Shown: positions 63,810 to 64,000 of the stretch, in pieces
Layout of the letters: every line of letters starts with the position of its first letter
Position numbering within the stretch: position 1 is the first letter of the stretch
NCBI GenBank assembly: GCA_951406725.2
Contig: OX597839.1
Location: forward strand, 30,442,001-30,506,000
Length of the DNA stretch: 64,000 bases
DNA from: Octopus vulgaris
Lineage: Eukaryota
Direction: 5' to 3'
The notes under the pieces: generated by a model
Told to the model about the DNA's origin: nothing
Databases searched by the model: none
Seen by the model: only the letters and a program-made list of their open reading frames with translations
Translations under genes and position numbers: made by a program

Positions 63810-64000
63810 GACATGCAACCACGTGGTCTTGGGGTCAGTCCCACTGTGCAGCACCTTAGGCAAATGTCTTCTACAATATCCTTTGACTGACAAAAGCCTT
63901 GTGAGTGAATTTGGTCAATGGAAATTGTGTGGAAGCCTGTCCCCCCCCCCATATATATGTATGTATATGTGAGTGTGTGTGTGTGTCTTTGTACCTGTAT
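63810..64000 (+). mobile_element. SINE family A 5' half, truncated by the window end
   Basis: ggtcagtcccactgtgcagcaccttaggcaaatgtcttcta...aaagccttgtgagtgaatttgg. Confidence 0.7.

Overview
AT-rich, microsatellite- and SINE-dense eukaryotic DNA; the repeat landscape looks like an octopus (cephalopod) genome, which is an inference. Two genes are well supported. (1) A complete FTSJ1/TRM7 tRNA 2'-O-methyltransferase gene with 10 coding exons on the - strand (46398 to 34402, 323 aa; all junctions GT-AG and phase-compatible, read by hand). (2) A divergently oriented single-ORF UPF0547/C16orf87 homolog (53558-55015 +) with an in-frame Ser/Asn-rich insertion of roughly 300 aa. A possible third coding exon with a hexapeptide repeat runs off the left edge (- strand, 1-170). 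The rest is mostly tRNA-derived SINEs, RTE and CR1 LINE remnants, mariner/Tc1, piggyBac-type and hAT-type MITEs, and simple repeats. The most interesting signal is non-coding: about ten short modules with minimal type I hammerhead ribozyme architecture. Three have a fully canonical core (19981-20084 -, 20545-20594 -, 50318-50412 +). They have palindromic stem III, often sit beside long inverted repeats (including a 133-bp hairpin with one mismatch) and mostly lie near (TA)n/(CA)n tracts. This resembles Penelope-like-element or retrozyme termini, yet I found no Penelope ORF in the window. Repeat boundaries are approximate, and all structures were folded by eye.
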